Assembly: GCA_038245905.1 (NCBI GenBank)
Contig: JBBRRY010000002.1
Location: 160,001 to 224,000, forward strand
DNA from: Thermoanaerobaculia bacterium
GTDB lineage: Bacteria; Acidobacteriota; Thermoanaerobaculia; UBA5066
Reading direction: 5' to 3'
Length of the DNA: 64,000 nt
Below, one piece after another: positions 20,819 through 32,683 of this stretch. How positions within the stretch are numbered: the stretch's first letter is position 1; each line of letters begins with the position of its first letter. A model generated the notes under the pieces. That model was not told where the DNA came from. It saw only the letters and a list, made by a program, of their open reading frames with translations, and made no database searches. Position numbers and translations under genes: made by a program.

Positions 20819-20929
20819 GCGTGGGTCCATCCCGGTGGCCGCCCTTGCCAAGGGGCGCGGGCGCGCGGCGAAAAATGCGCTCCTCCCCGTGAGGGCGGCG
20901 GCGATTCCAAGATGCTCTAATCGGGCTCC

Positions 20930-21399
20930 GTGACGGAGCCCGATCCTCATCGCACGATCGAAGCCGTCTGGCGGATCGAGTCGCCGAGGCTCGTCGCCGG
21001 CCTCGCGCGCATGCTTCGGGACGTCGGGCTCGCCGAGGATTTCGCGCAGGACGCGCTCGTCGCCGCTCTCGAGAGGTGGCCCGAGGCGGGCGTTCCCGAT
21101 AACCCCGGCGCCTGGCTCATGGCCACGGCGCTACGCCGCGACGGCCGGGAGCGACTGGACCCGCCCGCAGCACTGCGCGGAAGCGAACGTCGCCGCGCGC
21201 GCGTGACGAGCTCGCGATTCTCTCGCCCTCTCCCGTCGTCGAGCTGAATCGCGGGATCGCGCACGGAATGGCGTTCGGTCCGGCGGCGGGCTTCGAGATC
21301 GTCGACGCACTCTCCGCCGAGCCGGCGCTCACCGAAAACGAGAGAGAGCGGGCGTTCCTTCGAGCCCGCGCGAGCGGAATCGGGGGCGGCTCCTCGTGA
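20930..21399 (+). pseudogene. ECF sigma factor (YciI-associated type), multiply deleted
   Basis: Remnant blocks: IEAVWRIES...PDNPGAWLMATA / YAATAGSDWTRP.HCAEA / SPSPVVELNRGIAHGMAFGPAAG / NERERAFL. Confidence 0.75.
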
Positions 21400-21426
21400 T
21401 CGTGCTTCTGTGGCGAGGGATTGGAT

Positions 21427-21504
21427 TGGTGCGCCCAGGAGGACTCGAACCCCCAACCTTTTGATCCGTAGTCAAACGCTCTGGTCCAGTTGAGCTATGG
21501 GCGC
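21427..21504 (-). tRNA. tRNA-Arg(ACG)
   Basis: GCGCCCATAGCTCAACTGG...TTTGA-CTACGGA-TCAAA...GTTCGAGTC...GGGCGCACCA. Confidence 0.95.
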
Positions 21505-21661
21505 ACGCGAAGATCGCGGGGACGGGGACCTTAACGGAACCCGTGGCCGGGCGCAAGTCCCTGCATTCGACGCCTGTTAGCGGGGCTCGTCCCGCGTCCC
21601 CTAAACTTCGTCCCACTCCGCCCGTATATCCCCCCAGGAACCATCGAGGAGGAAAAGCCGC

Positions 21662-22447
21662 ATGACGGCCGCGATCTCTCTCAAGGGTGTCGTGAAGAGC
21701 TTCGGAAAATTCGCCGCGGTCGATCACCTCGACCTCGAGATCCCGCACGGCACGACGTTCGGCCTCCTCGGCCCGAACGGTGCCGGGAAGACGACGACGA
21801 TCCGGATGATCATGAACATCACGAAGCCGGATTCGGGCGAGATCCGCGTCCTCGGCGAGAAGATGAGCGAGGCGCTGCAGCACCGCATCGGCTACCTGCC
21901 CGAGGAGCGGGGGCTCTATCGCAAGATGAAGGTCCTCGAGCAGCTCCTCTTCTTCGCGGCGATCAAGGACGTCGACAAGGACACGGCCATGAAGCGCCTC
22001 TCGCCGTGGATCGACTCGATGGATCTCCGCCCGTGGCTTCAGAAAAAGACCGAAGAGCTGTCGAAGGGCATGCAGCAGAAGGTCCAGTTTCTCGGCACGC
22101 TCGTGCACGACCCCGACGTCCTCATCCTCGACGAGCCGTTCTCCGGCCTCGATCCGATGAACGTCATCCTCGTGAAGGACTTCCTCACGGAGTTCAAGCG
22201 GCAGGGAAAGACCGTCATTTTCTCGACCCACGTCCTCGAGCAGGCCGAGAGGATGTGCGAGAGCATCGCGCTCCTCTATCGGGGTCGGAAGATCCTCGAC
22301 GGCACGGTCAAGGACATCAAGCACGCCTACCTCGACCGCGTTCCCCTGCCGCCACCCGTCGAGCCCGAGCCCGAACTCGAGAAAATCTTCATCAAGGCGG
22401 TCCAGGAATCGGGCCTCGAGGCCCCCACCGCCGAGGAGCTCAAGTAA
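21662..22447 (+). CDS. ABC transporter ATP-binding protein (NatA-like)
   Basis: GPNGAGKTT, LSKGMQQ, ILDEP and STH motifs. Confidence 0.92.
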   Translation: MTAAISLKGVVKSFGKFAAVDHLDLEIPHGTTFGLLGPNGAGKTTTIRMIMNITKPDSGEIRVLGEKMSEALQHRIGYLPEERGLYRKMKVLEQLLFFAAIKDVDKDTAMKRLSPWIDSMDLRPWLQKKTEELSKGMQQKVQFLGTLVHDPDVLILDEPFSGLDPMNVILVKDFLTEFKRQGKTVIFSTHVLEQAERMCESIALLYRGRKILDGTVKDIKHAYLDRVPLPPPVEPEPELEKIFIKAVQESGLEAPTAEELK

Positions 22448-22449
22448 TC

Positions 22450-23820
22450 ATGAACGCCAAGCTGCTCGCCATCATCAAGCGCGAGTACCTCCAGCAGGTG
22501 CGCACGAAGGCCTTCTGGATCGCGACGTTCCTGATCCCCGGACTCGGCCTCGGCATGATCTTCATCCAGGTCGCGCTCTCGCGCACGCTCGTGGCCAAGG
22601 GCCGCATCGGCGTCGTCGATCTCTCCGGCCGCCTCTACGAGCCGCTCCTCGCGGAATACAAGGCGAGGCCGACCGACGAAGAGGAAGGGACGAAGACCGA
22701 GCCGGGCAAGGACAAGAAGACGCCGGACGCACCGGTGCTCGAGAAGGCGAGCCAGGCGCAGAAGCCGAAGCTCGTCACGAAGCTCGACCTCTTTCAGGTG
22801 AACGCGACGCCCGAGACGCTCCCGGCCGTCCGCACGAAGCTCAACGAAGACGTCCAGAAAGAGCGCATCAAGGCTTACATCGTCCTCACGCCGAAAACGC
22901 TCGAGACGGGTGCCGCCGAGTGGCGCGCGCAGAGCGTGAAGGCCGAGGTCGTCATGCGCGAGCAGATCGCGAACTATCTCTCGCGCGCCGCGACGAAAGA
23001 GCGGCTCCGGGACAAGGGCGTCGATCCGAAGGTCTACGAGGCCGCGCGCGTGCGCGTCGACCTCGAGGCCCACGAGGCGCAGGAGATCGAGAGCGGCGAG
23101 AGCGGCAAGAACGTGGGGTTCAACATCGCCGTCTCGGCCACGTTCTTCTTCCTCATCTACATCTCGATCTTCATGTACGGCGCGTACATCATGCGCGGCG
23201 TCCTCGAGGAGAAGAACAACCGCATCGTCGAGGTCATCGTCTCGTCCGTGCGCCCGACGACGCTCATGCTCGGGAAGATCCTCGGCATCGGCCTCGTGGG
23301 CCTCACGCAGTATGCCGTCTGGGCGGGCCTCGCCATCGCCGTCACACTGCCGGGCGCGGCGGCGGTGATGGGGATGTCGGAGGGGATCCCGCACATTCCC
23401 ACGGGCACGATCGGGGCCTTCGTCCTCTTCTTCGTCCTCGGCTACTTCCTCTACGCGTCGCTCTACGCCGCGCTGACGGCCCCGTTCAACACGGAGCAGG
23501 AGGCGCAGCAGTTCGTGATGATCCCGGGCATGATGCTCATCCTCACGTCCACGACCTGGTTCTTCGCGTTCAACCAGCCGAACGGCACGCTCGCGACGGC
23601 CCTGTCCTTCTTCCCGTTCACGGCGCCGCTCATGATGTTCATGCGCATCAGCGTGCAGACGCCGCCGCTCTGGCAGATCGGCCTCTCCGTCACCATCCTC
23701 CTCGCCACGATCTGGGCCGTGGCCTGGTTCGCGGGACGCGTCTATCGCGTGGGCATCCTCATGTACGGCAAGAAGCCCACGCTGCCCGAGATCTTCCGCT
23801 GGGCGTTTCAGGCGGACTGA
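22450..23820 (+). CDS. ABC-2 type permease (NatB/YhaP-like)
   Basis: IIKREYLQQVRTKAF, EEKNNRIVEV, GKILG and GILMYGK. Confidence 0.9.
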   Translation: MNAKLLAIIKREYLQQVRTKAFWIATFLIPGLGLGMIFIQVALSRTLVAKGRIGVVDLSGRLYEPLLAEYKARPTDEEEGTKTEPGKDKKTPDAPVLEKASQAQKPKLVTKLDLFQVNATPETLPAVRTKLNEDVQKERIKAYIVLTPKTLETGAAEWRAQSVKAEVVMREQIANYLSRAATKERLRDKGVDPKVYEAARVRVDLEAHEAQEIESGESGKNVGFNIAVSATFFFLIYISIFMYGAYIMRGVLEEKNNRIVEVIVSSVRPTTLMLGKILGIGLVGLTQYAVWAGLAIAVTLPGAAAVMGMSEGIPHIPTGTIGAFVLFFVLGYFLYASLYAALTAPFNTEQEAQQFVMIPGMMLILTSTTWFFAFNQPNGTLATALSFFPFTAPLMMFMRISVQTPPLWQIGLSVTILLATIWAVAWFAGRVYRVGILMYGKKPTLPEIFRWAFQAD

Positions 23821-23853
23821 GGGGAGTCACCGAGGGATAGAATCGGAGGCGGC

Positions 23854-24075
23854 ATGAGAAGGTCTCCGACATCCCTTCCCGGTGAGTCCGGCGAGCCCCT
23901 CGACCACGAGGCGATCCGTCGGGCGCTTCTGACCCAGTCGGATCCGGACGCCGACGAGGCGAGCCTCATCCGCGAAAGGCTCGAGTGGTCGCCCGGAGAA
24001 CGACTCGCGGCAAACGACGCCTTCGTGGGTTTCGCGCTCAGCGTACGACCCGAAGGCCCGCTCCTCCGGGACTGA
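23854..24075 (+). CDS. Small hypothetical protein, possible antitoxin
   Basis: TAGAAT and GGAGG upstream; SLIRERLEWSPGERL resembles small partners of nucleotidyltransferases. Confidence 0.55.
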   Translation: MRRSPTSLPGESGEPLDHEAIRRALLTQSDPDADEASLIRERLEWSPGERLAANDAFVGFALSVRPEGPLLRD

Positions 24076-24079
24076 GCGA

Positions 24080-24586
24080 ATGGCCCCGCTGCAGGCCGAG
24101 GAAATTTTCGCCTGCCTGAAGCGGCACGAAGTCGACTACGTCCTCATCGGTGGATTGGCAGCCGTGCTCCATGGGTCGCCCCTCGCAACATTCGATGCCG
24201 ACATCTGCCCGGCTCGCGATTCCGCGAACCTCGAGCGCCTCGCCAGCGCGCTCCGGGAGATGGATGCCCGCATCCGTACGAGCGATGCACCGGGCGGCCT
24301 CCGATTCGGTTGCGATGCCTTCTTCCTCGCGAATGTCTCCCTTCTGAATCTCGTGACACAGTTCGGCGAACTGGATCTGTCGTTCACCCCCTCGGGGACA
24401 CAGGGGTTCTCTGATCTGATGCAACAAGCCCGCCGCCTGAAGCTCCGCGACTTCGAGATTCTCGTGGCGTCTCTGGAAGATGTGATTCGCTCCAAGGAGG
24501 CGGCAAACCGGCCCAGGGACCAGATCGCGCTTCCCCTGCTGCGGCGCCTTAGGGACGAGATCGCGAAGCGCGATTCAAAACTCTAG
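24080..24586 (+). CDS. Nucleotidyltransferase-fold protein (DUF6036/AbiEii-like)
   Basis: YVLIGGLAAVLHG...TFDADI, ASLEDVIRSK and RPRD motifs. Confidence 0.75.
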   Translation: MAPLQAEEIFACLKRHEVDYVLIGGLAAVLHGSPLATFDADICPARDSANLERLASALREMDARIRTSDAPGGLRFGCDAFFLANVSLLNLVTQFGELDLSFTPSGTQGFSDLMQQARRLKLRDFEILVASLEDVIRSKEAANRPRDQIALPLLRRLRDEIAKRDSKL

Positions 24587-24599
24587 TCCCAAGGGCGTC

Positions 24600-24629
24600 A
24601 AAAGCGCCCGTGCCTTGCGGCACGGGCGC
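24600..24629 (-). terminator. Intrinsic terminator after the malic enzyme gene
   Basis: Perfect 11-bp stem GCGCCCGTGCC/GGCACGGGCGC with a 4-nt loop; T4 follows on the minus strand. Confidence 0.7.
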
Positions 24630-24652
24630 GGCGAGCAGTTCCGAAGAGGGCG

Positions 24653-26404
24653 CTACGCGAGGACCGGGGAAAGCGTGGGCATCTCCGCGCGGGTCGGAGC
24701 CGGGACCATCGGGAGATAGGCCGGGTCCCAGATCATCGCGGCGACCGCCTTCGGAATCTCCGCGTCCGGGATCTGCCGCCCGACGCCCGCGTTTCGCGCC
24801 TCGGCCACGACCGCCTCGGCGATTCGCTGGCTGACGCGCCGAATCTCGGTCGCGGACGGGAAGAGACTTCCGGAAGCAAGGTCCGAGGCGCTCACATTGT
24901 CGGCAAGCGTCTGGGCGGCCACCGCGAACATCCCGTCCGTCACTTCTTTCGCCTCCGCCACGAGGGCCCCGAGGCCGACGCCGGGGAAGATGAAGACGTT
25001 GTTCCCCTGGCCGATCGTGATCATGCGGCCCTTATGGGGCACCGGGTCGAACGGGCTTCCGGTGGCGATGAGGGCGCGGCCGTCCGTCCAAGCCACGATG
25101 TCCACGGGCTTCGCCTCGCTCTTGCTCGTCGGGTTCGACATCGGGAAGATGACGGGGCGTTCGACGTGTTTCGCCATCTCCCGGACGATCGCTTCCGTGA
25201 ACGTGCCCGGTTCTCCCGAAGTGCCGATCAGGAACGTGGGCTTCACGGCCCTCACGACGGCCAGGAGGTCCCGCGGCGCGCCCTTCTTCAGTCCCATTTT
25301 CTCCGCGAGAGCCGCCGGCCACGCGAAGTCGCGCTTGTGGACGTCCTTGATCTCGACGTCGTCGACGACGAGCCCCTGACTGTCGAGGTTCGCGATGGCG
25401 CGCGTCAGCGCCTCGCCCGAGAGGCCCGCGCGCCGGAAGGTGTCGCGGAGCAGCCGGGCAATGCCGATCCCGGCCGCACCCGCCCCCAGGATGACGACGC
25501 GCTGGTCCTTGAGCGCGACTCCCGTCGCCCGGCAGCCGGCCATCATCCCCGCCGTGGCCACGGCGGCCGTTCCCTGGATGTCGTCATTGAAGCAGGTGAT
25601 CGACTTCCGGTAGCGGTCCAGCAGCCGGAACGCGTTCACCTTCTTGAAGTCCTCCCACTGCAGGAGCGCTTTCGGGAAACGCTTCTTCACGGCCTGCACG
25701 AATTCCTCGACGAGAGAGTCGTACTCGGGTCCGCGCAGGCGCGGAAGCCGCCAGCCGAGATAGAGCTCGTCCTTCAGGAGCGATTCGTTGTCGGTGCCGA
25801 CGTCGAGGCTGATGGGAAGCGTCTGCGACGGATGGATGCCCGCCGCCGCCGTGTAGAGCGCCAGCTTGCCGATCGGGATCCCCATGCCTCCCGCACCCTG
25901 GTCGCCGAGGCCAAGGATGCGTTCGTTGTCGGTCACGACGATGAGCCTCACGTCGTCGAACGGTGCATTGCCGAGGATCTCGTAGATCCGTCCGCGGTGG
26001 GCCGGGGTGATCCAGAGCCCGCGACCGCGGCGGAAAATGTGACTGAATTCCTGACAGGCCCGCCCCACCGTGGGCGTGTAGACGATCGGCAGGAACTCCT
26101 CGACGTGGTCGATCAGGAGCCGGTAAAAGAGGTGCTCGTTCCGATCCTGAAGAGCCGCCAGGCCGATGAACTTCTCGAGCGGGTCTGGCTTCCGCGAGAT
26201 GTTGTCGTAAACCCTTCGCTCCTGTTGCTCCAGGCTGCTGACCGCGGCAGGCAAGAGCCCTTCCAGCCCGAAGTCCTTTCGTTCCTGTGCATTGAACGCA
26301 GAGCCCTTCGTGTACATGGGATGGCGGAGAAGCCGGGTGCCGCGGAAAGGCACCTCGGAAGATTGTTTTCCCTTGGATTCGAAGCGGAGCGCGAACGTTT
26401 CCAT
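24653..26404 (-). CDS. maeA: NAD-dependent malic enzyme
   Basis: PIVYTPTVG, ILGLGDQG, QWEDF, FNDDIQGT, GAGAAG, SNPT and QGNN motifs. Confidence 0.93.
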   Translation of the reverse strand: METFALRFESKGKQSSEVPFRGTRLLRHPMYTKGSAFNAQERKDFGLEGLLPAAVSSLEQQERRVYDNISRKPDPLEKFIGLAALQDRNEHLFYRLLIDHVEEFLPIVYTPTVGRACQEFSHIFRRGRGLWITPAHRGRIYEILGNAPFDDVRLIVVTDNERILGLGDQGAGGMGIPIGKLALYTAAAGIHPSQTLPISLDVGTDNESLLKDELYLGWRLPRLRGPEYDSLVEEFVQAVKKRFPKALLQWEDFKKVNAFRLLDRYRKSITCFNDDIQGTAAVATAGMMAGCRATGVALKDQRVVILGAGAAGIGIARLLRDTFRRAGLSGEALTRAIANLDSQGLVVDDVEIKDVHKRDFAWPAALAEKMGLKKGAPRDLLAVVRAVKPTFLIGTSGEPGTFTEAIVREMAKHVERPVIFPMSNPTSKSEAKPVDIVAWTDGRALIATGSPFDPVPHKGRMITIGQGNNVFIFPGVGLGALVAEAKEVTDGMFAVAAQTLADNVSASDLASGSLFPSATEIRRVSQRIAEAVVAEARNAGVGRQIPDAEIPKAVAAMIWDPAYLPMVPAPTRAEMPTLSPVLA

Positions 26405-26493
26405 GTTCTCAAACCCCTCCACATGACAACGTGGGTTCCGGGCAGCCGGAAGGGCATGAGTCATCTGGCTCAGGCGTTCTGAAAAGCTGTGGC

Positions 26494-27567
26494 CTATGCG
26501 CTGACCCGAAAGTTGACGACGTCGCCGTCCTGGACGACGTAGTCGCGGCCCTCGACGCGGAGCGTGCCGTGCGTCTTGCAGTGCGCGAAGGAGCCCGCCT
26601 CGACGAGTGTCTGGAACGGCACGACCTCGGCTCTTATGAAGTGCTTTTCGAAGTCCGTGTGGATCGCGGCAGCCGCCTTCGCGGCGTGCGTCCCCTTCGG
26701 GATGGACCACGCGCGGCACTCGTCCTCGCCCGCCGTCAGGAACGACATGAGGCCGAGCAGGTCGTAGGAGGCACGTAAGAGCCGGTCGAGCGCGCGGTCC
26801 GGCAGGCCGAGGTCCTTGAGGAACTCGGCCTGGTCCTCCGGCGACATCGCGGCGATCTCCTGCTCGATCGGCGCCGACACGGCGCTGAACGCGACGTGAG
26901 GCTTGCCTTTCCACGCGTCGAACTTCGCCTTCGCGAGCGCGCCCGCGAGGTCGCCCGCCTCGCTCTCGCCTGCGTTCAGGATCACGAGCATCGCCTTTCG
27001 CGTGAGAAGGCCGAAGCCCTTCACGTACTTCTCCTCCTCGACGTGGACGTCGAGCCCGCGCAGCGTGTCGCCCTTCTCGAGGGCCGCCTTGAAGCGCACG
27101 ACGAGATCTTTCTCGGTCTGGAGCTCGGGCGTCTTCTTCTTCGCGATGTCCTTCTCGATGCGCTCGAGGCGGTTCGAGACGACCGAGAGGTCCGCGAGGA
27201 GCATCTCCGTCTCGAGGAGCTCCAGGTCGCGCGCCGGGTCGACCGAACCCTCCGGATGCGGCACCGCTTCGGACGAGAAGCCGCGGACGACGACCGCGAG
27301 GCCGTCCATCTGCCGCAGCTCGGGGAGGTTCAGGCTCTGGGAGCCGCCCTTCACGACGCCCGGGACGTCCACGAACTTGACGGTCGCGGGTGTGTGCTTC
27401 TTCGGCTTGAACATCGCCGTGAGGCGGTCGAGCCGCGGGTCGGGGACGTGGGCGATCCCGACATGGGCCTCGCGCTTGTGAGGCGTCGCGGCCGCCGCGT
27501 GGCCGGTGAGGAGCGAGAAGATCGTCGTCTTGCCGGAGAGCTCGAGGCCGAGGATTCCGAATTCCAT
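26494..27567 (-). CDS. ychF: YchF/Ola1-family ATPase
   Basis: VPDPRL, FVDVPG, SFLTAG, IHTDF, FIRAE and DYVVQDGDV; atypical G1/G2 region. Confidence 0.85.
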   Translation of the reverse strand: MEFGILGLELSGKTTIFSLLTGHAAAATPHKREAHVGIAHVPDPRLDRLTAMFKPKKHTPATVKFVDVPGVVKGGSQSLNLPELRQMDGLAVVVRGFSSEAVPHPEGSVDPARDLELLETEMLLADLSVVSNRLERIEKDIAKKKTPELQTEKDLVVRFKAALEKGDTLRGLDVHVEEEKYVKGFGLLTRKAMLVILNAGESEAGDLAGALAKAKFDAWKGKPHVAFSAVSAPIEQEIAAMSPEDQAEFLKDLGLPDRALDRLLRASYDLLGLMSFLTAGEDECRAWSIPKGTHAAKAAAAIHTDFEKHFIRAEVVPFQTLVEAGSFAHCKTHGTLRVEGRDYVVQDGDVVNFRVSA

Positions 27568-27674
27568 GGGGGGATTCTCTCCTAACCTCTCGAGTTGTGG
27601 CCGCTCAGGCTCGCATGCTAGATTCCGCGTCCCTGCGGGCCGATAAGGCTCGAGAGGCTCCTGCGGGGACACGT

Positions 27675-27750
27675 GCCGCGTTCGTCTAGCGGTTAGGACG
27701 CCGCCCTCTCAAGGCGGAGATCACGAGTTCAAATCTCGTACGCGGTACCA
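27675..27750 (+). tRNA. tRNA-Glu(CTC)
   Basis: GCCGCGTTCGTCTAGCGG...CCGCC-CTCTCAA-GGCGG...GTTCAAATC...ACGCGGTACCA. Confidence 0.93.
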
Positions 27751-27921
27751 CTTCCCTCCTCAGGAGCCGTTCGGCCGAGATACAGATCTCACCGGAGAGT
27801 TCAGCGCGCCTCGCCGGCGTTCGCTAGCGCGACTAGGTCTCAAGTACGTGATACATCGGCATCATTTGGAGGATTGCCCGCTGATTTGATGATGGCTTCC
27901 TGGTAGAAAAGGGAGGCCCTC

Positions 27922-31542
<3,621 letters not shown>

Positions 31543-31552
31543 GGAGACGACG

Positions 31553-32563
31553 ATGGACCTCACCACCCGCTATCTCGGCCTGACCCTTCCCCACCCATTC
31601 ATGCCCGGCGCCTCGCCGATGGTCGACGACCTCGATCTCGTGCGCCGCCTCGAGGACGCCGGCGCCTCGGCGATCGTCATGAACTCGCTTTTCGAGGAGC
31701 AGATCACCCGCGAGGAGGTCGGCACGATCCGCCAGATGGAGATCGTCTCCGGCTCGTACCCGGAGGCCCTCACGTACTTTCCGGAGCCGGAGGCCTTCAA
31801 GCTCGGCCCCGAGCGGTATCTCGACCGCGTGCGCCTGCTCAAGAAGACCGTCCGCATCCCCGTCATCGCGTCCCTGAACGGTGCGACGCCGGGCGGATGG
31901 GTCTCCTTCGCGGCGCGGATCGCCGAGGCCGGCGCCGACGCGCTCGAGCTGAACCTGTACGACGTCGGCGCGCACGAAGGCGAGCCGGGCTTTTCACTCG
32001 AGCGCCGCCTCCTCGAGATCGTAAGAACCGTGAAGGCCGCGGTGAAGATCCCGGTCGCCGTGAAACTGTCGCCGTTCTTCTCGTCTCTCGGCTCCTTCGC
32101 CTCCGAGCTCGATGCGATGCGCGTGGACGGGCTCGTCCTCTTCAACCGCTTCTATCAGCCTGACATCGATCCCGACAACCTGGAGGTGACGCCCGCGTTG
32201 CGCCTCTCCACGCGGGACGAGCTCCTCCTGCGCATTCGGTGGATCGCGATGCTCTCGGGGCGCGTCCAGGCGTCCCTCGCCGTCACGGGCGGTGTGCACG
32301 ACGCCCGCGACGCAATCAAAGCGATCATGGCCGGCGCCGACGCCGTCCAGATCGTCTCGGCCCTCCTCTTGCGGGGTCCGCGGGCGCTCGCAGAGATCCG
32401 GACCGAGGTCGAAAGGTGGATGGAAGAGCACGAGTACGAATCGCTTGCCCAGATGAAGGGCAGCATGAGCCTGCTCTCGTGCCCGGACCCGGCAGCCTAC
32501 GAGCGCGCGAACTACGCGCGCGTCCTCCAGAGCTACAAGCTCGAGGAGCCCGCCGCGATCTAG
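31553..32563 (+). CDS. Dihydroorotate dehydrogenase-like flavoprotein
   Basis: DLTTRYLGL, PVIASLNG, ELNLY, VKLSPF, FNRFYQPD and YERANY. Confidence 0.88.
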   Translation: MDLTTRYLGLTLPHPFMPGASPMVDDLDLVRRLEDAGASAIVMNSLFEEQITREEVGTIRQMEIVSGSYPEALTYFPEPEAFKLGPERYLDRVRLLKKTVRIPVIASLNGATPGGWVSFAARIAEAGADALELNLYDVGAHEGEPGFSLERRLLEIVRTVKAAVKIPVAVKLSPFFSSLGSFASELDAMRVDGLVLFNRFYQPDIDPDNLEVTPALRLSTRDELLLRIRWIAMLSGRVQASLAVTGGVHDARDAIKAIMAGADAVQIVSALLLRGPRALAEIRTEVERWMEEHEYESLAQMKGSMSLLSCPDPAAYERANYARVLQSYKLEEPAAI

Positions 32564-32567
32564 GGGC

Positions 32568-32586
32568 GATCCCCTTCGGGATCTTT
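32568..32586 (+). terminator. Possible weak terminator
   Basis: GATCCC-CTTC-GGGATC-TTT just after the stop codon. Confidence 0.4.
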
Positions 32587-32683
32587 GCGGACGCCGGGAT
32601 CATCGGAACCGCCTCAAGGTCGAGGCGGTCGTTCACGATGCCGGCGTCTTCCCGGCGCCCGTTGCGGTAGGCTGGCCGGGTTC

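Larger units (their letters stand above)
16272..21438. mobile_element. Integrase-less genomic islet at the tRNA-Arg(ACG) 3' end
   Basis: 12-bp direct repeat TGGTGCGCCCAG (tRNA 3' end including CCA) at 16272-16283 and 21427-21438; pseudogenes at both inner edges. Confidence 0.6.

Noticed and set aside
27841-27900. FNR/Rex box upstream of PFOR
   Set aside because: AT-rich, but no convincing TTGAT-N4-ATCAA or TTGTGA-N6-TCACAA match.
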